DNA of 63,874 nucleotides, counting the filler, from Chiloscyllium plagiosum (taxonomy: Eukaryota), in the NCBI RefSeq assembly GCF_004010195.1. It is 3 parts of one record of this genome, joined end to end, with 100 filler letters (N's around TTAATTAATTAA, not from the genome) between each part and the next. Parts side by side here need not be neighbours in the genome. Positions count along the whole stretch, not along the records: positions 1 to 23,092 come from NC_057713.1; 2 more parts are not named here. One strand, given 5' to 3'. Under the pieces are notes generated by a model. The model was not told the DNA's origin. It did no database searches and was given only the letters and a program-made list of their open reading frames with translations. Both the position numbers and the translations under genes were made by a program. Each line of letters begins with the position of its first letter. Within the stretch, counting starts at the first letter, position 1. Shown here in pieces: positions 1-10,875 of this stretch.

Positions 1-644
1 TGGCCAAATTTCCCTCTCTCCCATGCCTCCTGACTTTCCGCATAAGCCTACCATGGGGAACCTTATCAAATGCCTTACTAAAATCCATGTACACTACATC
101 CACTGCTCTACCCTCATCCACATGCTTGGTCACTTCCTCGAAGAATTCAATAAGACTTGTAAGGCAAGACCTACCCTTCACAAATCCGTGCTGGCATTCC
201 CTAATCAAGCAGTGTCTTTCCAGATACTCATAAATCCTATCCCTTAGTACCCTTTCCATTACTTTGCCTACCACAGCAGTAAGACTAACAGGCCTGTAAT
301 TCCCGGGGTTATCCTTATTCCCTTTTTTGAACAGGGGCACAACATTCGCTCCTCTCCAGTCCCCTGGTACCACCCCCGTTGACAGTGAAGACGAAAAGAT
401 CATTGCCAACGGTTCTGCAATTTCCTCTCTTGCTTCCCACATAATCCTAGGATATATCCCGTCAGGCCCGGGGAACTTGTCTATCCTCAAGTTTTTCAAA
501 ATGCCCAACACATCTTCCTTCCTAACAAGTATCTCCTGTAGCTTACCAATCCGTTTCATACTCTCCTCTTCAACAATACGGTCCCTCTCATTTGTAAATA
601 CTGAAGAAAAGTACTCATTCAAGACCTCTCCTATCTCTTCCGAC
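1..644 (-). mobile_element. CR1/HER1-type LINE ORF2 (reverse transcriptase) fragment, runs off window start
   Basis: Minus strand translates to QHGFVKGRSCLTSLIEFFEEVTKHVDEGRAVDVVYMDFSKAFDKVPHGRL, the CR1-clade RT signature. Confidence 0.93.
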
Positions 645-775
645 TAGGGAAAGGATATGGAGAGATATGGGCCAGTTGCTGGCAGGTGGGACTAGATTGG
701 GTTGGGATATCTGGTCGCCATGGTCAGGTTGGACCGAAGGGTCTGTTTCCATGCTGTACATCTCTATGACTCTAT
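645..775 (+). mobile_element. CR1-type LINE 3' UTR/tail fragment
   Basis: Ends ggaccgaagggtctgtttccatgctgtacatctctatgactcta, the reverse complement of the 3' end of the long CR1 at 50847-50960. Confidence 0.85.
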
Positions 776-850
776 CTTTGGACAGTGGGAGGAAACCAGA
801 GCATACCCAAGCAGACATGGAGATAACATGCTAACTCCACATTGAAACTC
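776..850 (-). mobile_element. HE1-type V-SINE internal fragment
   Basis: tctttggacagtgggaggaaaccagagca matches the V-domain of the full copy at 37326-37645. Confidence 0.75.
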
Positions 851-864
851 CACAGGAGATGATC

Positions 865-1125
865 TCTCTTGGTCTCCTCCATTGCTACAGTGAATCAGAC
901 CACAAATTGGAGGAACAATACCTCATCTTCCACCTGGACAGACTATAGACCAGAGGACTCAATATTGAGTTCTCTACTTTCAAATAACCTCCATTTCCAT
1001 CTCACAACCCCCATCCCACCCCATCTCCCCTCAATTCCATTCCACTGATCGACTCTTCCTTCCAGCAGCCAACCAGATTCATTCCTTCCAGCTAGCAGCC
1101 AAGTCATACCCTCTGCCTGTGTTCA
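865..1125 (+). mobile_element. Penelope-like element 3' fragment (GIY-YIG endonuclease C-terminus and 3' region)
   Basis: Translates GLLHCYSESDHKLEEQYLIFHLDRL*TRGLNIEFSTFK*, resembling the PLE ORF end (E...I..L....P.GLN), followed by a C/T-rich tract. Confidence 0.75.
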
Positions 1126-1127
1126 CC

Positions 1128-1830
1128 CATCCTGATCAAGTGTATCCCAGGATTTTATGGAAAGCTAGGGAAGAAATTGCAAGTTCCTATCAGCAATATT
1201 TGTATCACCTACAGACATGGGTAAGGTGCCAGAAGACTGAAGGGTGGTTAATGTGTGCCTCACAAACTTGATCAGGTTTTTTGAGAATGTGATCAAGAAA
1301 TTGATAAGGTCGGAGTGGTAGAGTGATCTCGACTCAAAAAGTTAGCTTGCTGTCTCTTCATGGATGCTCTCTGACCCACTGTGATCTCGAGCATTTGTTG
1401 TTTTCAGTACAGATTCCAGTATCTTCAGTAATTTATTTCTGTAGAGCAGTAGATGTTGTCTACACAAACTTTAACAAGGCCTTTGACAAAGTTTCTCATG
1501 TGGACTGATTACTAAAGTTCTATCTTGTGTGGTTCGAGGATAGCTTGCCAATTGGATGCACAATTGGCTTGATGGTAGGAGACAGAGGATGGTGGTGAAG
1601 GTTGTTTCTCAGGCTGGAGGCCTGTGACCAGTAGTGTTCCTCAGGGATTGCTGATAGACGTACTCTTGTTTGTTGTTTAAAGAAATAATCTGAATGAGAG
1701 TATCAGAAGCATGGTTAGTAAGTTCACAGATGACACCAAAATTGGTGATATAGTAGATAGTGAAGAAGGTTAATTAAGAGAACAAATGGATCTGATCAAC
1801 TGGGCTAAGGGGCTGAGAAGTGGCAGATTT
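1128..1830 (+). mobile_element. Decayed CR1 ORF2 fragment, interrupted at about 1325-1440 by a PLE terminal-repeat fragment
   Basis: PDQVYPRILWKAREEIA, VDVVYTNFNKAFDKVSH, WRPVTSSVPQG and SKFTDDTKIG motifs with stops and frameshifts. Confidence 0.85.
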
Positions 1831-2237
1831 AGATTAATTTTAGTCTGGGCCATTTACTTTCACTGGTTGCTGATCTGATATTTTTCATTTTATGCTATCA
1901 CTCAAAGTCAACATTTATTCTACTGTTCTACTGCTTTACTCATTCTGGGCGTGGGTGTACAAAACTGTTCATTGATTGAATGAGTGAATCTCCTCTTCAG
2001 CTATTGTCTTTGGAATATTAGAGTATCTAACTTGTTCTGTTCACTGCATTTAGCTTTGTGAAGCTTCTGTTGAGTTTGCTTCTACTTTGCTGAGGTTCAA
2101 TACAACATTAACTGGTGTTGAGATGCAGTTGGGACTTCGGGATGTTGATCTCTTCCTGCTTCTGATCACAGCGGGGAATGTGTATGTGACTGCAGCTGTT
2201 GTATGTCAATATTGCATCTGGCTTTATTGAAGATTTA

Positions 2238-2561
2238 GGGTGGCATGGTTGCTCAGTGATTAGCACTGCTGCCTAACAGCGCCAGGTATCCTGATTCAAT
2301 TCCAGCCTCGGGCAACTGTCTGTGTGGAGTGTGCACATTCTCCCCGTGCCTGCGTGGGTTTCCTCTGGGTGCTCCAGTTTCCTCCCACAGTCCAAAGATG
2401 TGCATATCAGGTGAATTGACCATGTTAAATTGCCTCATAGTGTTAAGTACATTAGTCAGGGTTAGATGTGGGGGAATGGGTCTGGGTGGGTTACTCTTTG
2501 GAGGGTCGGTCTGGACACGTTGGGCCAAAAGGCCTGTTTCCACACTGTAGGGAATCTAATC
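2238..2561 (+). mobile_element. HE1-type V-SINE, near full length
   Basis: tRNA-like head (ggtggcatggttgctcagtgattagcactgctgcc...gattcaattcc), V-domain (ttctccccgtgcctgcgtgggtttcc...cctcccacagtccaaagatgtgc) and CR1-like tail (gggccaaaaggcctgtttccacactgta). Confidence 0.92.
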
Positions 2562-2673
2562 AATGACCAAATAATGCCTTGTGAGGACATTTCTGATGTC
2601 GCACACACTCCGTTCCCACTGATTTTAATATGATTGTATTAACAGGGCGTTTTAACTTTACAAATGTAGACTA

Positions 2674-2835
2674 GGGTGGCACGATGGCTCAGTAGTTAGT
2701 ACTGCTGCCTTACAGTGCCAGGGACACAGGTTGGATTCCAGCCTCGGGCGACTGTCAGTGTGGAGTTTGCATGTTATCTCCGTGTCTGCGTGGGTGTGCT
2801 CCAGTTTCCTCCCACTGTCCATAGATCTGCAGGTT
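2674..2835 (+). mobile_element. HE1-type V-SINE, 5' half
   Basis: Same tRNA-like head and V-domain as 2238-2561; truncated after gatctgcaggtt. Confidence 0.88.
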
Positions 2836-2879
2836 TTGCATCATGATGACGTAGCTCTTTATGCATGTGCTTGAGTAGC

Positions 2880-3105
2880 TATGCTTAGGACAAAGTATGC
2901 TAAGCTTCTTGAGTAACATGGGAGCTGCATTCAACCAGGAAAGTGTGGAGTACCTCCTCACACTCCTGACTCATGCCTTGCAAATGGTTGATATCCTTTG
3001 GGAGTTGGGAAATTAGATATTGCAGCATTCCTAAGCTGTGATTTGTTGGTATGAATATGGCTGGACCAGTTCAATTTCTGATCAATAGAAATCCCAGGAT
3101 GTTAA
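2880..3105 (-). mobile_element. Decayed RT C-terminal fragment of a second CR1/L2-superclade LINE family
   Basis: Minus strand resembles NILG.SIDQKLNWSSHI and EYS...W..AAP..LKKL; homologous to 49670-49770 (+). Confidence 0.6.
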
Positions 3106-3604
3106 CACAAATAATTGCTTAACATGCCTGCCATTTCTTTAATTTAATTATAACATCAATTTCATCAGTTTTCACATATCCACAATCTTTGTAACTAACT
3201 TTGTTTTTCCTAATATAGTTGTTAAAGTTTTTTGTTGATTTTGTGATCCCTTGCAAATTTCTTTTCAAATTGCCTCTTTGTTTTGTGATTTATTGTTCTC
3301 TGCATATCTCCTATTCAACAGACTCTGCCTTACATTTGTTCTTTTTTGCATGTTTTTTTTTTAATTTTATGTTGTCCCTTAGCTCTTTAGTCATTCTTTT
3401 TATTTGGCAAGAAGAATTTTTCTAACCTTAGGGACATAAATGGGTCTCTGTATCATGTTAAATTATTTTTCGAACACCTCCCACTGATCCTCTGCCAATT
3501 TAACCATTAACAGATTTGCCAGTTAACTTTGAACATTTTCTCTCAAATCCCACTGAAGAAAGTCTCATATAAATATGAATATAAATATAAATATAAAAAT
3601 AACT

Positions 3605-3715
3605 AAAGCAAAATACCATTGGTGCTGGAATTTTAATTATAAACAGAAAATTCTGGACATCCTCCACAGACCTAGTAGCATTTGTGGAGAGAGAAAGACT
3701 GTTAATATTTCAGGC
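3605..3715 (-). mobile_element. PLE terminal-repeat fragment
   Basis: gcaaaataccattggtgctggaa...acagaaaattctgga...agcatttgtggagagagaaagactgttaatatttcagg, homologous to 10335-10465, 27945-28050 and 44470-44600. Confidence 0.6.
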
Positions 3716-5003
3716 CAATTACCTGGAAAAAGATTGAACATGCTTCAAGTATTACATTTCAGTGCCTGTCATAAAATAAAGTGAAACCAAATTGCAGCAG
3801 ATTAGATGTCACATGATTATGGCAAGCCAGCTAGACTACTATGCATTTCCCTCAAATCTCCTTTATCATAAAAAAAAGTATGTACTATCATTTGCACTTG
3901 TATGTTTCCCAAGTTAGATTATCCACCAAAAAAAAAGTATCATTCCTTAAAGAACTGTGTTAATTCTAAAATATGGCTCTCTGCCATTTCATCTCGATTT
4001 TGTTACTTTTTCCTGTTCCTCTGCCTTCAGTCATGTTTTCACTCTTAGAAGAATAATTTTGGTGTGTCTTCACATTAGCTGTTGGACTGATACACTTCAC
4101 ATCCCTTCACTGGGTGTATTTCTCCACAATATGTTTACATTGTTCAAGTCTGGAATTGATATGCTTGATATCTTTACGACCCCTTTGGCAAATTATACTA
4201 CAGCCTTAGCCTTTCCTTTTGACTGGGGTTATTGAGGATGTGGTACATGGTGGTGAATTTCCCAACAATTGAGGACCACTCATCATGATGTCTGGAGGGC
4301 CATAACATCTGAATGTGCTTTAAAGTATTCTACAGCCTCACTGATAGTCATTGATGTCAGCTGGCAAAGACACAGTAGTCAGAATAGTAGTCAACGAATT
4401 ACTGAATGACAAAATAATTCATTTCTGCAAGAGCAAAGAGATCTGTGGCCTGTCTGACGTGTCATATGTCATAAGTGGCTCTTTAGCTTGCTCAGCTTAG
4501 TATTTTTTACAAAAACTGCACAGGCTGAGGTGTTCCTTAAACTCATTGTTCATGTTTAGGCAGCAGGCCAGATGTTTTGCCTTCCTCAGATTAGATTAAA
4601 TTCCATGATCGTCAGTATGGATATACTATAGTGTCTCTTTTTTTTTTCCACTTAGGAATAGTTATTTTGTTTCCTTTGATCAAGATACCATCTTGGACTC
4701 TCACTTCATTTCTATATTCCCACTACTCTCTTGTAGTAATTGTTGATTCCTCAATGGTTTCAGGTCATCCTTTTATTACGACTTACTGCAACATTTGAAG
4801 ATTGTTTCTTGTCAGTAATTTATTTGTCTTGAGAGCAATGAATCAGAAAGACACACAATGTCTCTACTGGATAATTGACTTAGATGTTGACCTGCTCTTG
4901 TTGAATCTGAGAAATGTTACAATCTCTCTTGACATGCTCAACTTTCATTATAGACAATGCTGCTCTTGACTGCATGGTGGAACTGTACATGTTTCTTTGT
5001 TAG

Positions 5004-5605
5004 TGTGATATTACTGTGGCTGTAAGAGATGTATTTTGTCATTTTTTTAAATGAAGAAATGTTCCGGCAGAGGTACAGAGCATCTGCTCAAAGCCAATAG
5101 AGTAAACAGCTTGTGATGACTTTTTTTTAAAATTTGCAACAATAAAAGCAGCCTAAGTGGGTGAGATCAAGCTCCCACAGAACCAGGATTTTTAGTTTAG
5201 CTTTCTGCATTTGTTGGGGTCTTGAAACTGGATGTGGAAGCTGTCATTCTATGTTCTGTTACAGCTAAGAGCTAGGTTCTCTTCCTGCTGCTAGAATTGA
5301 ATGTGAGACAATCTATTTTTATCAAATTTGCCTTTGCCAAGAGTGTGTTTATTGAATATTACTGTATTGGAACAGTTAATTAGTAGTTTCAATAGATATA
5401 GTTAAGCCAATTCTTTTCTGTTTTAGGTTGTCTGTATATAAACAGTAGTGTAAAAATACAGTGGGTTTTGCTTAAAGTCAATAGGTTGACCATTCAAATT
5501 ACATCTGGAACACAACGCCATACACTTACATTTACAATAAGAAAACATTGGGATCTAGACTATCTACTTAATATATTTCAAGGGGATTTGATCTGGCCCA
5601 TAACA
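5004..5605 (+). mobile_element. Solo LTR, probably Gypsy-type
   Basis: Starts TGTGATA, ends CATAACA, flanked by ttag/ttaa (near 4-bp TSD). Its last ~160 bp are homologous to the reverse complement of the LTR at 22883-23092 next to a Gypsy integrase. Confidence 0.7.
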
Positions 5606-5613
5606 TTAATCTG

Positions 5614-5949
5614 TCACATCCAGTTGGTATCACTGCAAAAGACATAATATTCTTTGCAAATGCTTTGGAGCAGATGGAATCAGTTTGAGAAGATGCATTG
5701 AAGTAGCGTGGGGTTGGACTCCATTGTCACTTTGTCTCATCCAACCAGATATTAAAATGCTCACAAGAAAAGACAATAGTCAGGTAGCATTCAGTTTATG
5801 TTAACATCCTGGGTTTCTCTGCAACTGATTGTTCTTACTGCATAATGGTTGACTCAAATCCTGTCTTGCCAGCAAGACAGGATTTGAGTCAACCATTATG
5901 CATTTGCAAAGAATATTATGTCTTTTGCAGTGATACCAACTGGATGTGA
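5614..5949. repeat. Nested perfect inverted repeats (50-bp pair plus 31-bp hairpin)
   Basis: 5614-5663 is the exact reverse complement of 5900-5949. 5839-5869 is the exact reverse complement of 5872-5902 around a 2-nt loop. Confidence 0.95.
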
Positions 5950-6229
5950 TTTTATTATTGACATTGGAGTACTTCAGCACTGATGTTGTTTTATCTAATT
6001 ATTAGATTCTAATGAACTTTTCTTCTTGTTCTGGGGATTAATACTATTGTACATGCTTAGCAGTGAGCTGAATATCTCTGACTATATGGTTGAAGTAATG
6101 TGTCTTAAGGGCTGTCACAAACAAAAGCAAAAGTAAGTACAAGAGGGAGAAGTGGCATGATACAGCAAACCAGCAAGTACACTGTGTACAGTCAAACAGA
6201 ATAGACCAAATTAGGAAGGATGGGAAAAG

Positions 6230-6640
6230 CATAAGATAGATTGTATGTGACAGAGTAGAACATGTTAAGTGACAACAGTGCCTCTAATGCAAAGCTAAAG
6301 AAGGGGATAATGGAAGAAATAAGATGATGAAAGAAGATGAGTGCAGTCATGTTGTGACTGGCAGAATAATGTACAGCTGCCAACCAAAAGTAAAGCAATC
6401 AAAAAAAACAAGATAAAGGCTGAATCATGCAAAGGACAGGAAACAGAATGAGTCAGAGAATATAGAACTCAATATTGAGTACAAAAGGTTGTAGACCTTC
6501 TAAATGAAAAATGAGCTTCTCTTCCCGAAGCTATTGTTGACCTTCACTGAAACACTGCAATAGGTCAAGGAGATAAAGGAGATAAAGACATTGTTAAAGA
6601 AGATGGAGAATTAAAATGGGAGCTTCACAGAAGTCTGAGT
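6230..6640 (-). mobile_element. Penelope-like element 3' fragment
   Basis: Minus strand of 6455-6570 gives LLQCFSEGQQ*LREEKLIFHLEGLQPFVLNIEF, homologous to 870-985. Confidence 0.6.
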
Positions 6641-8009
6641 CATGTTTTTGTCCATCACAATGCCAGCACAGTGCATTTTCCCCTGTCTTTTATTTTTAGT
6701 ATTCTCAAATGACCATGACATTCTGGTTTTTACCGTAGTCATTCACAGCAGCCTCTTCACATCCAAAACATTTCTTCATGTCAGCACAGGAAATCCAATG
6801 TCTGCTTTTTTTCCTTCCTCTTTCCTTAATTCCAAGTTCTGAAACATTCCTCATTGCAGAAAGTATACCTCTTTTGACTTAGTAAAATCTCACTGTTTGG
6901 ATGCACATGCTCATGAATTTGCCTATCTGCATGTTACTTACTCTGCAACATTTCACTGACTGAGATTCCAATCTTTGCTTGTGAACTCATACATGGGAAT
7001 ACATGTATGTTTTGTATATATGTCACTGAGTATACATCTTCTGTTGGCCATTTTCATTGTTCATTAAAATCAACAACTGAGCATTCCCAGGAAATGCATT
7101 CTCCCAAATTTATATTGTGATTGCTATTAACCAGATGTTTATGCATGCTTAGTAATTGCAATGAATTCCCTTTGTTTTGTTGTATCAATATTTTCTCAGA
7201 AGCCAGACTCAGTCATCTTGGTTAATGTGACCCATAAAATCCCCACTGCCTGCTACCTTCTCTTATATTAACCCTTATTATGAAAAAAATTACATCTTTA
7301 ATCAGTGATGCCACTTCTGTCCTTCGTTCAAATTCCATATCCTTTCAGAGCTGTACCTTAATCAGCTCCTAATCATGATTATCCAGCAGCAATATTAAAG
7401 TCCTTCATCCCTGGTTATGATCACTTAAGGCATTGAAAAAGATCTCTGTATGTGTCTAATCAGGTTTGAGAGTTTCTGCCATTTATCTTTATGTGACCTA
7501 ACAGGGCACTAATTAACCCATAGATCTCTGGGTCCATGTGACAGGATACCCCACAAAGTAGTAGGATGCAAAGTGCAAGATGTGCTTCAATTTCTTTCCT
7601 TTACTGCCACTGCTCTCCCTCATCATTAACTTATTCGATCTCAAAGCGTAATTGTAGCTTGATGGACCAGTTGTCAAAATTCTGAAGAAACTGGTAGCAA
7701 GTTCTTGCCATTCATCAATATTGGTAGTACCATGCTTCAAGGATAAATTCTGAGTGTCTTTATTGTCCAACTATAGAAATTGGCCAGGGGAGAATTGAGG
7801 GAGATTGATTGCAGCCATCTAGACAGAGTCCTGTCCATTGAAATTAATATTGCAGGATTTTTGTCTGAATACTCGTGAACTTGCTTTCCAGTTTAATGGT
7901 TCTCCCATTGAATCCAGAGGCTGTAGCTGAAGAACTGCTGATAGCATTTTTTTGCACGTACTTATGTGCCACGAATGCATGATCTACTCATGGTAATACA
8001 GGAGCATAG

Positions 8010-8100
8010 CTGGAAATGTGTTGCTGGAAAAGCGCAGCAGGTCAGGCAGCATCCAGGGAACAGGAGAATCGACGTTTCGGGAATAAGCCCTTCTTCAGGA
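8010..8100 (-). mobile_element. 91-bp PLE-derived insert with 7-bp TSD and minimal hammerhead motif
   Basis: agcatag duplicated at 8003-8009 and 8101-8107. Minus strand contains CTGAAGA-a-gggc-ttat-tccc-GAAA-cGTC. Confidence 0.85.
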
Positions 8101-8412
8101 AGCATAGTATTGTTAACTGCTCCATTTACTAGGCCATTTGAAGCATCAAGGTCTTTGTTGTCAAACACTGGTCGCTGGAGTTCGTAGAAAGCTGAGCCAG
8201 CACAGAGGATCCGGTGTTGAACCTCCTCATCACTATGTCCAATTTGAAAGAGGGAACTGCCAAGTTTCAAGAGTGCTTAACATAATCCAGAGTCCAATAT
8301 ATATTTGAAAGGTGGAATATTTGATCAAGTGTTGTCGATGTGCATGTTTTGTTTAGTAAAGGTTGCAATACAGGCCAAGTCTTTTGCATGCAGAATTGAA
8401 GAAATCAAGCAT

Positions 8413-8745
8413 AAACATAAGACATAGGAGGAAAAGTAGGCCATTCAACCCATCAAGTCTGCTCTGTCAGTTAATGATATCATTGGCTGATCTGATAACC
8501 CTCAACCCCACATTCCTGCCTTATCCCCATAACCCTTAATTCTCTTCTTGAGTAGAAATCAGTCCGTATCAGCCTTGAATTGAATTAATGAAACAGCCTC
8601 AACAGCTCTTTGTGCTAAAGAATTCCATAGATTCACAACACTCTGATGGTAGAAAGTCCTCCTCATCTCCATCTAATACATGCATTTCCCTTATTCTGAG
8701 ATTATACCTTTTTGTCCCAGACTCTCCCACAAACGGAAACAACCT
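8413..8745 (-). mobile_element. CR1-type LINE 3' end
   Basis: Minus strand LFPFVGESGTKRYNLRI, followed by a CR1 3' UTR ending in tcttatgtttatg-type repeats. Confidence 0.8.
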
Positions 8746-9450
8746 TTGCTCATTTGGTTTGCAAAGTCGGTGTAGAGTAAGCGACAACACAGTAGTCATC
8801 GACAGACTCTAGAACTTGTATATCTATGGTGGCCAGTTTAGTTTGACACTGAGGTAACTGAGGTTAAAATACTGATACCAAAGAAGATCTTTGATGAAAT
8901 TAATAACCGCTGTCATGTCAATCAGAAGTAACATAGGGGCTATCATACAACCCTGTTTGACATTAGTCTAGATTTTGAAAACATCAGTTTCTAACCTTCT
9001 ATTCAAGTTTGGTACAGTTATGCCATCACAAAACATTTGATGGATTTTAATTAGGATTTTGGCACATCCAACAGACAATTTTCTAAGATCTTCTAAGATA
9101 AAAGCTTTGCTCAGGTTGATGAGTGCGATAGAGTATTCCTGATGTTGTCCTGTACACTTTTTACTTACTTTTATCCAACACCAGAAGATCACGTTAGAAT
9201 ATCTAAACCCACACAGTGGACAGATTCTTCCCAGTACATGAACGATGTGCGTTTTGGCGAGAAATTTGGGGAAACGATGGTTGAGATCAACAGTTACAAG
9301 ATTCTCGGAAATAAGTCAGAGTGGTTTCTTAGCAACACGGGCTTGCTGTTTGCTAATCAGAACCGTGCCCAGCAGTCACAAATATCTAAGGGGCACTCCA
9401 AAGGCAACAAATGCCCACAGCCTGAACACAGATGTTGGCATTGGACATCG

Positions 9451-9803
9451 GGGAGGTGATGACCTAGTGGTATTATTGCTGGACTGTTAATCCAGAGACC
9501 CAAGTCATGTTCTGGGACCCGGGTTCGAATCCCACCATGGCAGATGGTGGAACTTGAATTCAACAAAACTCTGCAATTAAGAGTCTAATGATGACCATTG
9601 TTGGCTGTTGGAAAAAAAACGTATCTGGTTCACTAATATCCTTCAGGGAAGGAAACTGCCATCCTTACCTGGTTTGGCCTACATGTGACTCCAGACCCAC
9701 AGTAATGTGGTTGACTCTTAACTGCCCTCTGGGTAATGAGGGATGGGCAGAAAATGCTGGCCTAGGCAGTGACGGCTGCATCCCATGAATGAATAAAACA
9801 AAA
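9451..9803 (+). mobile_element. tRNA-derived SINE (second family) with LINE-derived body and tail
   Basis: A-box-like tgacctagtgg (9460-9470), B box ggttcgaatcc (9522-9532), body ctggttcactaat...gttgactcttaactgccctctg, tail catcccatgaatgaataaaa. Other copies at 13546-13822 (-) and 30720-31030 (+). Confidence 0.85.
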
Positions 9804-10334
9804 TCTGCCTCAATGCACCCTCTTGTTACACTTCTGCCTCCTGACTCTGGTGTACAATATGGGTCTCTAATTCAACTTGGAGGGCGCTGACACCTTTAGA
9901 CAAAATGGCAGGCATGGACGCAACCAGGATGCATCTAAGGCTCTTTGTTTTTTTCCACTTTTCACTTCCTTGAATGGCCACAGCACCTCTGTTGTGTCTT
10001 GTCTTTGTGGCCTTTATGCACTTTGTCTGCTCAGGTGGAGCTTAATTGCTAGTTTTGACTTGTCAGACAAAGTCAGACATGACTGTTAGCTGTTGTCAGT
10101 CCGGAGGTAGGCATATGGCTGTGTGTCATCATGCCATGTTAAATTTATGCCTGCGTCATGAACCATCAGAGTATATGACAAAGACATAGCATCTGTCTCA
10201 AACAAATGGCCAGGCCACAATATTTTGAGAGAGTCGTCTTCTGTCAAGTCAAGGGAGAAAGCTTTCAATTAAGGAGATTTAGTACAGTAAGTTAGCTGTA
10301 TTAATAGAAAATAAACTATAATAATACTACAAGA

Positions 10335-10875
10335 AAAAAACTACGAATGTTAGAGGTCAGGTTAAAAAAGAAACAGAAACTACTGGTGAAACTCCACAGG
10401 TCTGGCAGCATCTGTGGGGAGAATGTAGAGTTAAATGTTTAAATTCTGGTGACTCTTCATCAGAGCTGATAGCAGCTGGGAAACAAATTTTCTGCTGAAG
10501 ACGAGAATGTGGCAAGTTGGGAATGAGGTAGGACGGTGCCCATCCAGAGAAAGATATGAAAGGGGTAGGAAGACAAAGAGATTATTCATATTGGGCCAGG
10601 AGAGAAGAGAACAGTCCTTCAGGACTTAATATCAATTTCAATAACTTTAGAGCCTGATTCTGATTTCCATGTTTTAACCTACCCCCACACCTTGGTCTTG
10701 TCATGACACAAGTTGCTTTCAGCATACCCTATCCATTCTCTTCTACTCTCAACTATCATTATGATTTATTCAGTTTCTCTTCTGTCCTGGCCTAGCTTTC
10801 ACACTTTCTCTCTGCTTTTTACCTACAGATGCTGCCAGACCTGCTGGGTTTCACCAGCAATTTCTGTTCTAACTC
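10335..10875. mobile_element. Short PLE with inverted terminal repeats
   Basis: 10370-10425 (aacagaaactactggtgaaactccacaggtctggcagcatctgtggggaga) is inverted relative to 10815-10870 (tacctacagatgctgccagacctgctgggtttcaccagcaatttctgtt). Internal PSGLNINFNNFRA ORF end near 10615-10655. Confidence 0.7.

Larger units (their letters stand above)
7640..10260 (-). mobile_element. Decayed RTE-clade LINE (RT region) with nested PLE, CR1 and SINE insertions
   Basis: Minus-strand remnants EVQHRILCAGSAFYELQRPVFDNKDL, QHQEYSIALINLSKAF and KDTQNLSLKHGTTNIDEWQELA resemble the RTE/BovB-type RT and C-terminus. Confidence 0.65.

Noticed and set aside
1..775. Twin-primed inverted CR1 (minus ORF2 joined to plus 3' UTR)
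   Set aside because: The far end lies outside the window, so no TSD can be tested. Independent nested insertions explain it equally well.
4230..5000. Possible ancient LINE remnants (also 7150-7480, 25000-25660, 39330-40080)
   Set aside because: The composition suggests decayed repeats, but I could not recover a convincing motif to assign a class.
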